Origin: a virus
DNA length: 64,000 nt
Virus record (IMG/VR): IMGVR_UViG_3300029984_000008
Coordinates: 7,836 to 71,835 of that record
Strand: one strand, 5' to 3'
The position numbers and the translations under genes are program-made. This document shows, one piece after another, positions 10,132 to 18,240 of this stretch (positions are counted from its first letter, which is position 1; each line of letters begins with the position of its first letter). A model generated the notes under the pieces. That model had not been told where the DNA came from. It was given only the letters and a program-made list of their open reading frames with translations, and did not search any database.

Positions 10132-10166
10132 AAAAAGCTCCATCTAGCTAATAGATGGAGCTTTTT
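10132..10166. terminator. Bidirectional intrinsic terminator
   Basis: aaaaagctccatcta-gctaa-tagatggagcttttt. Confidence 0.85.
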
Positions 10167-10171
10167 CGTTA

Positions 10172-10204
10172 CGTATACTTTTAAAGGTCGCCTTTGTATG
10201 GTAA
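10172..10204 (+). promoter_or_regulatory. 33-bp repeated promoter-like motif, copy 1 of 9
   Basis: cgtatacttttaaaggtcgcctttgtatggtaa. Other copies start at 11496, 16613, 32089, 38665, 47268, 47996, 49850 and 52544. Confidence 0.75.
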
Positions 10205-10339
10205 AATAGAATAGAGGTGCTTCAACACCTCTATTAAACAAGTAGCTAGGAGAATTGCACCTCTGTATACTATGAGTTACAAAACATCTACGTATTAAAT
10301 TGTATCTATAGTATACACGATGCAGGCCTTCTAGCGCAA
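10203..10339 (-). ncRNA. Candidate antisense copy-control RNA unit in the rep leader (promoter plus terminator)
   Basis: Minus-strand TTGCGC-18-TATACT promoter (10339-10310) and hairpin aatagaggtg/cacctctatt (10210-10235) followed by Ts on the minus strand. Confidence 0.45.
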
Positions 10340-10359
10340 GTACTTAGGAGGAGAAAATT

Positions 10360-11016
10360 TTGAACAAAAATAAAATAATAACAGTGAATGACCTAAATTC
10401 AGATATATTTTACAAATTACCTAAGGCATTTTTCCTTAATCCTTTTTACACAAGCATGAAAAATGAGAGTAAGTTAGCTTATGCCTTACTGAAGGACCAG
10501 CTAAGTTTATCTGCTAAGAACGGGTGGATTAATGAGGATAATGAGATATACGTAAAATTGAGTAGAGAAAAACTAATGAAGTACTTAAATATAAAAGGTA
10601 CACAAAAGATGACCCAAATTATGGACGAGCTAAAGAGCAAAAATTTGATAGTAGAAAAGCAGCTAGGTGTAAATAGATGCAATGAAATTTATATGTGTAG
10701 CCCTGATGAGCTGGACACTATATACTCAGATGATGAGTTGTTAGAAAATGGAAATGAATCCTCTGCAAGTACTGAAAATACTTTGACCTTTGAAAATCAA
10801 AACTCAGGACTTTTGAAAAACAAAGGTCAAGACTTTTTAAAATCAAAGGTCAAGACTTTTGAAAATCAAATTCATAATAAGAATAACTATAATAAGACTA
10901 ATTATAATAACAATAAGAGTGCAGGGGAGAAAAAATTAAAGTTTGATAATTTTGAAGCTAGAAAATATGATTATGATGCCCTAGAGAAAAAACTACTAGG
11001 ATGGGATAAAGATTAA
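10360..11016 (+). CDS. RepA_N-family replication initiator
   Basis: FYKLPK.FF.NP.Y..M..ESKLAY.LLKD..LS.KNGWI.ED..IY (RepA_N), internal iterons, and a C-terminal FDNFE.RKYDY..LEKKLLGW motif familiar from clostridial phage initiators. Confidence 0.85.
   Translation: MNKNKIITVNDLNSDIFYKLPKAFFLNPFYTSMKNESKLAYALLKDQLSLSAKNGWINEDNEIYVKLSREKLMKYLNIKGTQKMTQIMDELKSKNLIVEKQLGVNRCNEIYMCSPDELDTIYSDDELLENGNESSASTENTLTFENQNSGLLKNKGQDFLKSKVKTFENQIHNKNNYNKTNYNNNKSAGEKKLKFDNFEARKYDYDALEKKLLGWDKD
10785..10876 (+). repeat. Four tandem 23-bp iterons inside the rep gene (probable origin)
   Basis: Units start at 10785, 10808, 10831 and 10854; consensus GACTTTTGAAAATCAAAGGTCAA. Confidence 0.85.
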
Positions 11017-11031
11017 GGAGGCTGATGTTAA

Positions 11032-11490
11032 GTGTATATACTTTCAGATTTTATTCGTGACGGGAATTTTACTATGCCTGAAAAGATGACATATATGGTG
11101 CTATGGAGCTACAGAGAGCAAAATAGTCTCATCTGTAATGTTACTTGTAAGCAAATAGCACATGATATGACGACCTCTACTAAAACAGCTTATAGGCTAC
11201 TAGATTCGCTAGCTAAAAAGAAGCTGATAAAAATAAATAAGCTAAATGTATATGAAATCAAGAAAGAGTTAGAAGCTAAAAATATGCAAGGAAAAGGCAT
11301 AGGTAGTAATACATGCACATGGTGTAAGTGTAAAACTTATATACTACATGCACACCATTTTCCCATAAGGAAGGAAGCTGGTGGTAATGTAACAGTAGAC
11401 ATCTGCCCCAGCTGTCACCAGGAATTTCACTTTTTAGAGAATAGCATAGAACTAGTTGACAGCGGCTATATAGCAGATAAGTTGACATAA
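11032..11490 (+). CDS. HTH-HNH endonuclease
   Basis: N-terminal winged-HTH-like segment; C-terminal CxxC..HHFP..GG..ICPSCH..FH. Confidence 0.7.
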   Translation: MYILSDFIRDGNFTMPEKMTYMVLWSYREQNSLICNVTCKQIAHDMTTSTKTAYRLLDSLAKKKLIKINKLNVYEIKKELEAKNMQGKGIGSNTCTWCKCKTYILHAHHFPIRKEAGGNVTVDICPSCHQEFHFLENSIELVDSGYIADKLT

Positions 11491-11576
11491 GCTACCGTAT
11501 ACTTTCTGGGAAGACCTTTGTATAGTAAGAATAGGGGAGCGACATGCTCCCAAAATAAAAAAGGATGGTGTATTAA

Positions 11577-11864
11577 ATGAAAAAAGAATTTAGACTACCT
11601 AAAGTAGGAAATGGCGCAACTGTACTATGTGGAGAGGACAGAAAAGCATTTACAGTAATTGTAATTGACGAGGATACAGGCGTAGTATTAATTCAAAGAG
11701 ACATAGCTATTAGACTAGAAAGAGTAAGTGATGCACAAGTTTTTGACTATAAAAAGGATACTGGGGGCACAGTAAAAGTTGTAACTTTTATAAATGGCCG
11801 CTGGGAACTTATAGGTGAAGAGGTAGAAGTCATCTTTGGTGAGAGAGACGAGTATTGGAGCTAA
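11577..11864 (+). CDS. Hypothetical protein (first gene after motif copy 2)
   Basis: ORF with the shared AAGGATGGTG leader. Confidence 0.65.
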   Translation: MKKEFRLPKVGNGATVLCGEDRKAFTVIVIDEDTGVVLIQRDIAIRLERVSDAQVFDYKKDTGGTVKVVTFINGRWELIGEEVEVIFGERDEYWS

Positions 11865-11930
11865 ATTAATAGAATATAGGAGAGTAGCTGCTTAGGCGGC
11901 TACTAAAAATTTTAAGGAGGACCAAATAAT

Positions 11931-12119
11931 ATGAAAGTAAGTGCTTTAAGTAAAAAGAAGATTGCTAAACTAAAATCATTCTATAAAACTGAAATGGATG
12001 TAGATGCTACAGAGGAGGACGTATTAGAGATATTAATATGCGAGGGGTATAAAAGCTTGCAAAGAGAATTGACCGCTAAAATGAAGTCTGAGGCTAAAAT
12101 AAGAGGGGGTATAAGATAA
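11931..12119 (+). CDS. Hypothetical protein
   Basis: RBS AAGGAGG. Confidence 0.6.
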   Translation: MKVSALSKKKIAKLKSFYKTEMDVDATEEDVLEILICEGYKSLQRELTAKMKSEAKIRGGIR

Positions 12120-12262
12120 TGGCTAAAGTTTGTAAATGTGCACAAACACTAAAGGTAGAAATGTTTGAAGGACCAGAAAAAGAATGCGAAGAATTTTGTG
12201 ATATGTATAACTGGGAATTTTGGGATGAAAATGATTTTTGCTGGTATTTAGAAATAATTTAG
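12119..12262 (+). CDS. Small acidic/Cys protein, 47 aa (not in ORF track)
   Basis: MAKVCKCAQTLK...WYLEII; RBS GGGGGT; start overlaps the upstream stop. Confidence 0.55.
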   Translation: MAKVCKCAQTLKVEMFEGPEKECEEFCDMYNWEFWDENDFCWYLEII

Positions 12263-12277
12263 AGGAGGTATAAGATA

Positions 12278-12454
12278 ATGAATAAAGAAGAAGTTAAAAA
12301 TATGTTTATAACAATTAAGGCAGAGTGTGCTAAATATAACAACTGTGTAGATTGTACTTTTTATGCTAAAGAAATAGGAAATTGTATATTTAGTGAAATA
12401 GACTACCCAGGTGACTTAAATATAGATGACCTAGAAAATTTAAAGGAGGTATAA
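12278..12454 (+). CDS. Small Cys-rich protein, 58 aa (not in ORF track)
   Basis: MNKEEVKNMF..ECAKYNNCVDCTFY..CIF; RBS AGGAGGT. Confidence 0.6.
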   Translation: MNKEEVKNMFITIKAECAKYNNCVDCTFYAKEIGNCIFSEIDYPGDLNIDDLENLKEV

Positions 12455-12458
12455 GATA

Positions 12459-12770
12459 ATGAATAAATATGAAATAGTATCAGGTTGGTATAATCCAGGA
12501 GGTAGCTGGTGTGAAGGCTCTACCTCCTATGCAACTATACCTGAATTAATTGAAGCTTACAAAAGCAAAAGACACAGAACTGGCATAATGATAAAAAGAA
12601 TATGCTTAACTTGTGAGTATTCAAATAGCTTAGATTGGGATGAAAGAGCAGCTCAGAAGGCTAAAGACTACCTAGAACTATGCAAAGAGTTAGAGGTTAA
12701 TGAAATATATGATAATTTTGTAGTTAGGATGGCTAACCTAGTGAGCCCAATAAAATCTAGCACAATTTAG
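12459..12770 (+). CDS. Hypothetical protein
   Basis: RBS AAGGAGGT; same junction sequence as the preceding gene. Confidence 0.6.
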   Translation: MNKYEIVSGWYNPGGSWCEGSTSYATIPELIEAYKSKRHRTGIMIKRICLTCEYSNSLDWDERAAQKAKDYLELCKELEVNEIYDNFVVRMANLVSPIKSSTI

Positions 12771-12829
12771 TTGTATACAACTAAACAGCAAAATATATAT
12801 ATATAATAAAAAATCAGTTTCAATTAGAA

Positions 12830-13000
12830 TTACTTACGTACTCGTAAGGAAATCTCGATATAACACACTTTTATTTTTTCAAAAATTTTAATTTTTTCAG
12901 AAGAGGTTTTAAAAGTAAAATAAAAAAATTGTCATAGGCACTTGGTGTGATGTATCGACATTTGCTTACGAGTTGGTACGTGAAAACGATTTACATTGCA
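12830..13000. repeat. Palindrome-armed non-coding element, copy A
   Basis: 28-bp inverted arms at 12841-12868 and 12945-12972 (24/28 match) around a 76-bp A/T-tract spacer; homologous in inverted orientation to 60548-60725. Confidence 0.85.
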
Positions 13001-13117
13001 TCTTTTTCAAAAAAAAAAAGAGACGGTCATTTAGCACCTGCCTCTTCCCCCAAAGCATAAAATACTCAATATTGAGCATACTATAAATAGACTAAAATAA
13101 GAAAGGTGGAATAAACT

Positions 13118-13444
13118 ATGAATAAAGAATTATTAGTAAGTAAGTTAAAGGCTATTAAACTTAAAACAGTAAAAGCTAAAATGATAATAGAAGCTATAGA
13201 GACTGGCACCTCTGAGAGAGGTAATCACTCAATGTGGTGCACTGGCAATGAAATAACTATGTGGTACAGAGGCACACCAATAATAACTGTTTACCTATCA
13301 ATAAGCGAACTTGGTGTAACCTACTTAATAACTAACTTATATGCTGGCGAATATGATAGAACACCAGCAACTATAAGACAGCGTAAAGACTTTGAGACCT
13401 CAGTGAATGAAATTGTATCGGATGCAATGCTATGGACATTATAG
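13118..13444 (+). CDS. Hypothetical protein
   Basis: ORF with RBS AAAGGTGG. Confidence 0.6.
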   Translation: MNKELLVSKLKAIKLKTVKAKMIIEAIETGTSERGNHSMWCTGNEITMWYRGTPIITVYLSISELGVTYLITNLYAGEYDRTPATIRQRKDFETSVNEIVSDAMLWTL

Positions 13445-13547
13445 TATTATTTATAATCCTATGGCTATTTTTCACCTGGTGTGTTATATCACCATTTATT
13501 CCCAAAGACCCTAAAAATAAAAAATAGAAAGAAGGTATATTAAAAAA

Positions 13548-13844
13548 ATGGAAATGGATAAGACAATTAGTCAATCACAGCTAGAAATTGATGCAACAGA
13601 ATTTGAAAAGGCACGTAAGAGAGTATATGAAGCACATGATTCATTGCTTATAAAACTCTTTGGATATATCCCAGGAGAACCAGGTAACTACACAGTAAGC
13701 CGAAGTGCATATACTAAAGCAATGCACGAAGTCCAAAAAGAAACTGGCCTTGTTGAAGGCGACCCTGATATGATATTATTTGTACTAGAACAATTAAGTA
13801 GGTCACCAAGATTTTTAGATGAAGAGGAGGTATCAGAGCTATGA
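13548..13844 (+). CDS. Hypothetical protein
   Basis: ORF with RBS; overlaps the next gene (ATGA). Confidence 0.6.
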   Translation: MEMDKTISQSQLEIDATEFEKARKRVYEAHDSLLIKLFGYIPGEPGNYTVSRSAYTKAMHEVQKETGLVEGDPDMILFVLEQLSRSPRFLDEEEVSEL

Positions 13845-14134
13845 GCCAACCACAGTGGGTAAAATTACACTTAGCACCACAAACTTATGAAACAGACATG
13901 CCATCATATGTAGTGGGACTATTAATTAGTGAAGTACCAGGACAATATGTATTAAACCCTATGCTAGAGCTAGAACATGACGAGAGTACAGGCAAAGAAG
14001 CCTATGTGAGTGCAGGAATGAACCTTATCAGCAAAACTTACGTATGGCGCTGCCAGATACTGGAAAGAAAGCCTGAGATAGATGAAATAGACGATAACCC
14101 TTTATATGAAGACCTTGGAGGCGGCTTAGGCTAA
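13841..14134 (+). CDS. Hypothetical protein
   Basis: RBS AGGAGG; followed by a terminator-like hairpin (14133-14162). Confidence 0.6.
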   Translation: MSQPQWVKLHLAPQTYETDMPSYVVGLLISEVPGQYVLNPMLELEHDESTGKEAYVSAGMNLISKTYVWRCQILERKPEIDEIDDNPLYEDLGGGLG

Positions 14135-14246
14135 GGACTACAGATGTGGTCCTTTATTTTTTATCTAAAAATATTGTTCACACTTGTAAAAAGTTGTATA
14201 TAATGATATGATAAGAATATACTAAAATATAGGAGGTTGGAAATTA

Positions 14247-14477
14247 ATGAGAGAGCTACTAAATGCATATGCAGAGTATGTAAATATAATTAATTCATAT
14301 AAAAAAGCAGTTAATATAGATTGGAGCAATGTAGGCAACAGACTAACAACACTACGTAGTAAGGTTTGCCTCATGAAAGTAAGAAGCTCCCACAAAACAG
14401 GTTTCATAGTTTGGACAAAGACTAATCTAGTTAAGGAGATTGATGCAGAGCTAGTTAGAATAAAAATAAAATTGTAA
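14247..14477 (+). CDS. Hypothetical protein
   Basis: RBS AGGAGGT; downstream of a TTGT-box promoter with TATAAT at 14199-14204. Confidence 0.55.
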   Translation: MRELLNAYAEYVNIINSYKKAVNIDWSNVGNRLTTLRSKVCLMKVRSSHKTGFIVWTKTNLVKEIDAELVRIKIKL

Positions 14478-14490
14478 ATGAGGTGAGATT

Positions 14491-16242
14491 ATGATTCTAA
14501 AGCTATCAGAGGACAAGCAAACCGCCTACTTTGATGGTAATACAATGAGCTATCGAAGCATGATTAAAGCAATACCAGGAAATGACTGGAATAAGAAAAA
14601 GAGACAGTGGACCATTCCTATAGCATCTATAGAGGATGTAAAAAGAATATGGCCTGACATACAAGTAGCTACTGAGGTCCTGAAAATATATGTAGCACTA
14701 AAAGAGCGTAATAAGCAAGCTATAAAGGCTAAAGACATTGATATGAGCAGCATAGACACAGAGGTCCAAGGACTGAAGGGGCAGCTGTATCCATACCAAG
14801 CAAAAGGAAAAGCCTTCTTAGATGCTATAGGCTCAGGCATACTAGCTTTTGACATGGGGCTAGGTAAGTCACTCACAAGCCTAGCAACTTTCATTGACTG
14901 GCAACGCGCGGGTCTAGTAGACCATTGCTTAGTAATTTGTCCCTCTCCACTGAAGTATTCTACCTGGGAAAAAGAAATTAATAAATGGACCGACTTAAAT
15001 TATATAGTAGTAGATGGTGACAAAACCGAACTAGTTGCCTGGGATGATGGAACGACACAAAAGCTAAAAGGTAGAGAGCTCAGAGCAATACAGTACATGC
15101 AGTGGGAGTACGGCACAGACGTTATAGTGATGAACTATGAGTTATTCCTAAAGGACATGGATATAATACCAAAGCTGGACGAACGGTGGTGCGTTGTAAT
15201 GGATGAGTGCCACAGAGTAAAGTCAAATAAGGCAAAAACTACTAAAAATATTATGAAGGCAGTAAAATCTGCAGGTAGAAAAATCCTAGGCTCAGGTACA
15301 CCCCTTGAAAATAATATCCAAGAAATGTGGAGCCTAATAGATATATGTAAGCCTGGACTTTTAGGTAGCTACTTCAGGTTTGTGGACAGGTACTGTATAA
15401 AAGATTATTTTGGTAATGTAACAGCACCGAAGCCAGAGCTTATGCAGGAGCTAAGAAAAAAGATAGCCCCTATAATGTATCGGATGCTAAAGGCAGAGGC
15501 ACTTCCAGACCTACCAGAGCTTATAGTTCAAGAATACTGGGTGACTATGACACCTCTACAAAAGACTTTATACAAAACTGTTAAAGAAGGTATACTTGAG
15601 AATTTAAGTACAGGCGAATTTAGCTATTTAGAAGCTCTAGCACAGCTAACAAGACTTCAGCAACTACTTGATAGTCCAAGACTATTGAAAGAGGTTCTGG
15701 GGGACGATAGCCTACCTATGGAGAGTGGTAAATTAAATGAGCTAGCAAATATAATTAAAGACCTTGACCCTACTAAAACCAAATTTATACTATTTAGTCA
15801 ATATAGGCAAATGACAGACTTGTTATATCAGTGGCTTCAGGATAAGAAGTTGCTCACTGAGGACCAGATAGGCTATGTGAGAGGTGGCATGAAATCCTCA
15901 GACACTGCTAAGGTACAAGAAGGCTTTCAAGAAGGCAGCATACAGTGTGTGTTAATGACGACGGCTGGAAATTATGGTCTTGACTTAAGTGCTGGCAGCT
16001 ATGTTATATGCTATGACTCCCTATTTAATCCTGCAAAAATGGAGCAAATTTATTCCAGAGCTCATAGAAATGGTGTCAAAACTGCAGTGACAGCTATAAA
16101 CCTAGTTACGAAGGACTCGTATGAAGAGAAGAAAGTAAAGATATTAGAGAGTAAGCGAGAGCTGTCTAGGGCAATGATAGATAATGATGATAATGCGTTT
16201 ATGAAACTATTCACAGTGCAAGATATTATAAATATGATGTAG
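14491..16242 (+). CDS. SNF2-family helicase
   Basis: LYPYQ, LAFDMGLGKS (motif I), DECH (II), SGTPLENN (III), GNYGLDL (V), Q..SRAHRNG (VI). Confidence 0.92.
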   Translation: MILKLSEDKQTAYFDGNTMSYRSMIKAIPGNDWNKKKRQWTIPIASIEDVKRIWPDIQVATEVLKIYVALKERNKQAIKAKDIDMSSIDTEVQGLKGQLYPYQAKGKAFLDAIGSGILAFDMGLGKSLTSLATFIDWQRAGLVDHCLVICPSPLKYSTWEKEINKWTDLNYIVVDGDKTELVAWDDGTTQKLKGRELRAIQYMQWEYGTDVIVMNYELFLKDMDIIPKLDERWCVVMDECHRVKSNKAKTTKNIMKAVKSAGRKILGSGTPLENNIQEMWSLIDICKPGLLGSYFRFVDRYCIKDYFGNVTAPKPELMQELRKKIAPIMYRMLKAEALPDLPELIVQEYWVTMTPLQKTLYKTVKEGILENLSTGEFSYLEALAQLTRLQQLLDSPRLLKEVLGDDSLPMESGKLNELANIIKDLDPTKTKFILFSQYRQMTDLLYQWLQDKKLLTEDQIGYVRGGMKSSDTAKVQEGFQEGSIQCVLMTTAGNYGLDLSAGSYVICYDSLFNPAKMEQIYSRAHRNGVKTAVTAINLVTKDSYEEKKVKILESKRELSRAMIDNDDNAFMKLFTVQDIINMM

Positions 16243-16255
16243 AGGAGGTTCTAGT

Positions 16256-16519
16256 ATGAGCGAATTACTGAAGCCAACACGCACAGGTAAAAAGGCTGTA
16301 GTAACTATGAAGATAGAAGTATTAGTAGAAGTTGAAGAGTCCGATGATTACTATGATATGGTAGAACAGGCAGAGACTAAGCTAGGTAAACATGTAGTAG
16401 TAGGCAAAGGTTTTTTTCCTTTTAGAAAAGCGGCAGATATGGTGCAAGATGGCACCACAGTGGATGAACTTATACAGAGGCTCACTGTGCAGCCTGGTAC
16501 TGGCTGGTATGATAAATAG
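16256..16519 (+). CDS. Hypothetical protein
   Basis: RBS AGGAGGT. Confidence 0.6.
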   Translation: MSELLKPTRTGKKAVVTMKIEVLVEVEESDDYYDMVEQAETKLGKHVVVGKGFFPFRKAADMVQDGTTVDELIQRLTVQPGTGWYDK

Positions 16520-16849
16520 CAGCAGCGTTGTACATTATGTCATACAGCTAAAGCCACTGCTACCAGTACTTAGCCAATATGCTGTAAAACGTTATGTAGA
16601 ACACAGAGGTTCCGTATACTTTTAGAAAACGCCTATGTATAGTGAGACTAAGACAAGCCCCCTACTAATAATTATATAGTGCCCTCATATAAACAACTAC
16701 AAAATAAAAGAGCTAGGATAGCCTCTACACCAAGAGGCACAACCTGTATGCCAAAAATAAATAAAAAATATTTGTTCAAAGTTGTTGATTGTTGTGTATT
16801 TTTTGTGGTATACTGAATATAATAGATAGTAGGAAGGAGCTGATGCACA

Positions 16850-17113
16850 TTGTTAAAGAAAAAGAAGAGCACAGTGCAATCTTGTACACCTCCTAAAACT
16901 AAGGGTGTAGGTAAGATGATAACCATGCAACAAGCAATGGATTATCTAAGTGAAAAAGGTGTACCATGTAGAAGTCGTGCGACATTCTATAGAATATTAG
17001 AGGATTTTGGTGTACAATTTGTAGACATTAATCCAAATGGTAAGCATAAAGTAAGAAGATTCAGCACTGAGGAGCTTAATAAAGTACTTCAGGCGAATGG
17101 ACTACAGGAATGA
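16850..17113 (+). CDS. HTH DNA-binding protein (excisionase/MerR-like); true start may be 16916
   Basis: TMQQAMDYL..SRATFYRIL..RRFS.EEL; preceded by a sigma-A promoter covered by TTGT boxes. Confidence 0.65.
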   Translation: MLKKKKSTVQSCTPPKTKGVGKMITMQQAMDYLSEKGVPCRSRATFYRILEDFGVQFVDINPNGKHKVRRFSTEELNKVLQANGLQE

Positions 17114-17256
17114 TTACCTACTAGGTTCCCAGCCTAGTACACAGCCCCCTTCTTTGCGGAGGCCGTGTAGTGGGCTGGAATTTTAACAGACCACGGTAGT
17201 GTGACAACAAGCAGCAAGCAGTATGAAACACGAAGTATGAGAGGAGATTAAAGATT

Positions 17257-18006
17257 ATGGCATTAAGAGCATTCAAACCAGTACCAAACACAGGAGCAGC
17301 AACACCAGGTGTAACACCAACAAATGTAGCACCAGTAGCAAACACAAATGTAGCAGCAGGTGTAGGAAATCCAGCACCAAACGCAAATGTAGCAGCAGGT
17401 GCAGCAACACCAGTAACAAATACACAAGTAGCTCCAGTAAAACAACCAACAGCACCAGTACACGTTAGTGCAGCAGGTGCAGTGATGCAAGATTTAAATG
17501 CAGGAATACTAGACAATATTGATGGTATGGGAAATACAGGAAACTATGTTAGTATGGACGGCTCAGAGTTTTTGTACAAGTCTACAGAGGCTAGAGTGAA
17601 CTATATTGACCTTATAGTTAACTACGGTAAAAGATACTATCAATTTGTAGATGACTCAGACCCTGATAACAAAGTATTCAACAACAGTGACACAAAATTA
17701 GATGACAGATATAAACTTAAATTTGAAATCCACTGGGAAGAAGAAGTTACAGAGGGTGAAGTTATTGAACCTGAGTTCCATTTACCTACAGCAAGCGCTA
17801 TGAGATTCATTGACTATGTTAAAGAATTAGCTAAAGCTGGTTACGGAATTGGCCAAGTAGTAACTCGTATGACTATATCTAGGCAAGTGCAAAAAAATTC
17901 TACCAACAGATATAGCAGAGCAGAGTTTACTATGCTAGGTATCATGAATGCAGATGGAACTTACACTGAGATAGCTAATGGTATTACTACAGTTAATAAA
18001 AAATAG
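17257..18006 (+). CDS. Putative ssDNA-binding/replication accessory protein with Ala/Pro/Thr/Asn-rich N-terminus
   Basis: Strong RBS; position before the primase-helicase; beta-rich core. Function is inferred from context only. Confidence 0.4.
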   Translation: MALRAFKPVPNTGAATPGVTPTNVAPVANTNVAAGVGNPAPNANVAAGAATPVTNTQVAPVKQPTAPVHVSAAGAVMQDLNAGILDNIDGMGNTGNYVSMDGSEFLYKSTEARVNYIDLIVNYGKRYYQFVDDSDPDNKVFNNSDTKLDDRYKLKFEIHWEEEVTEGEVIEPEFHLPTASAMRFIDYVKELAKAGYGIGQVVTRMTISRQVQKNSTNRYSRAEFTMLGIMNADGTYTEIANGITTVNKK

Positions 18007-18031
18007 ATAACAGGGGCATAAGCCCGTAGAC

Positions 18032-18068
18032 CAAGGGCTTCTGAATTATAGTATTCAGAGGCCCTTTT
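18032..18068 (+). terminator. Intrinsic terminator
   Basis: aagggcttctgaat...attcagaggccctttt. Confidence 0.75.
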
Positions 18069-18240
18069 ATATATCAAATATAAAACTTATAATTTAGGGA
18101 ACTAGCATATGAATTACAGTGGCTTTCCATTTTAGGCACAGTAGCAGAATGTACTGAAAGGACACATATGCTGACCAGCTGTGCGGATAGCAAAACTTAT
18201 TTCAATGCTAGCAAGCTCAAAGAAGCAGGGGGAAAACAAT

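Noticed and set aside
18095-18180. Cobalamin riboswitch or hammerhead ribozyme
   Set aside because: Only a GGGAA fragment matches; the B12 box and the CUGANGA/GAAA core are absent.
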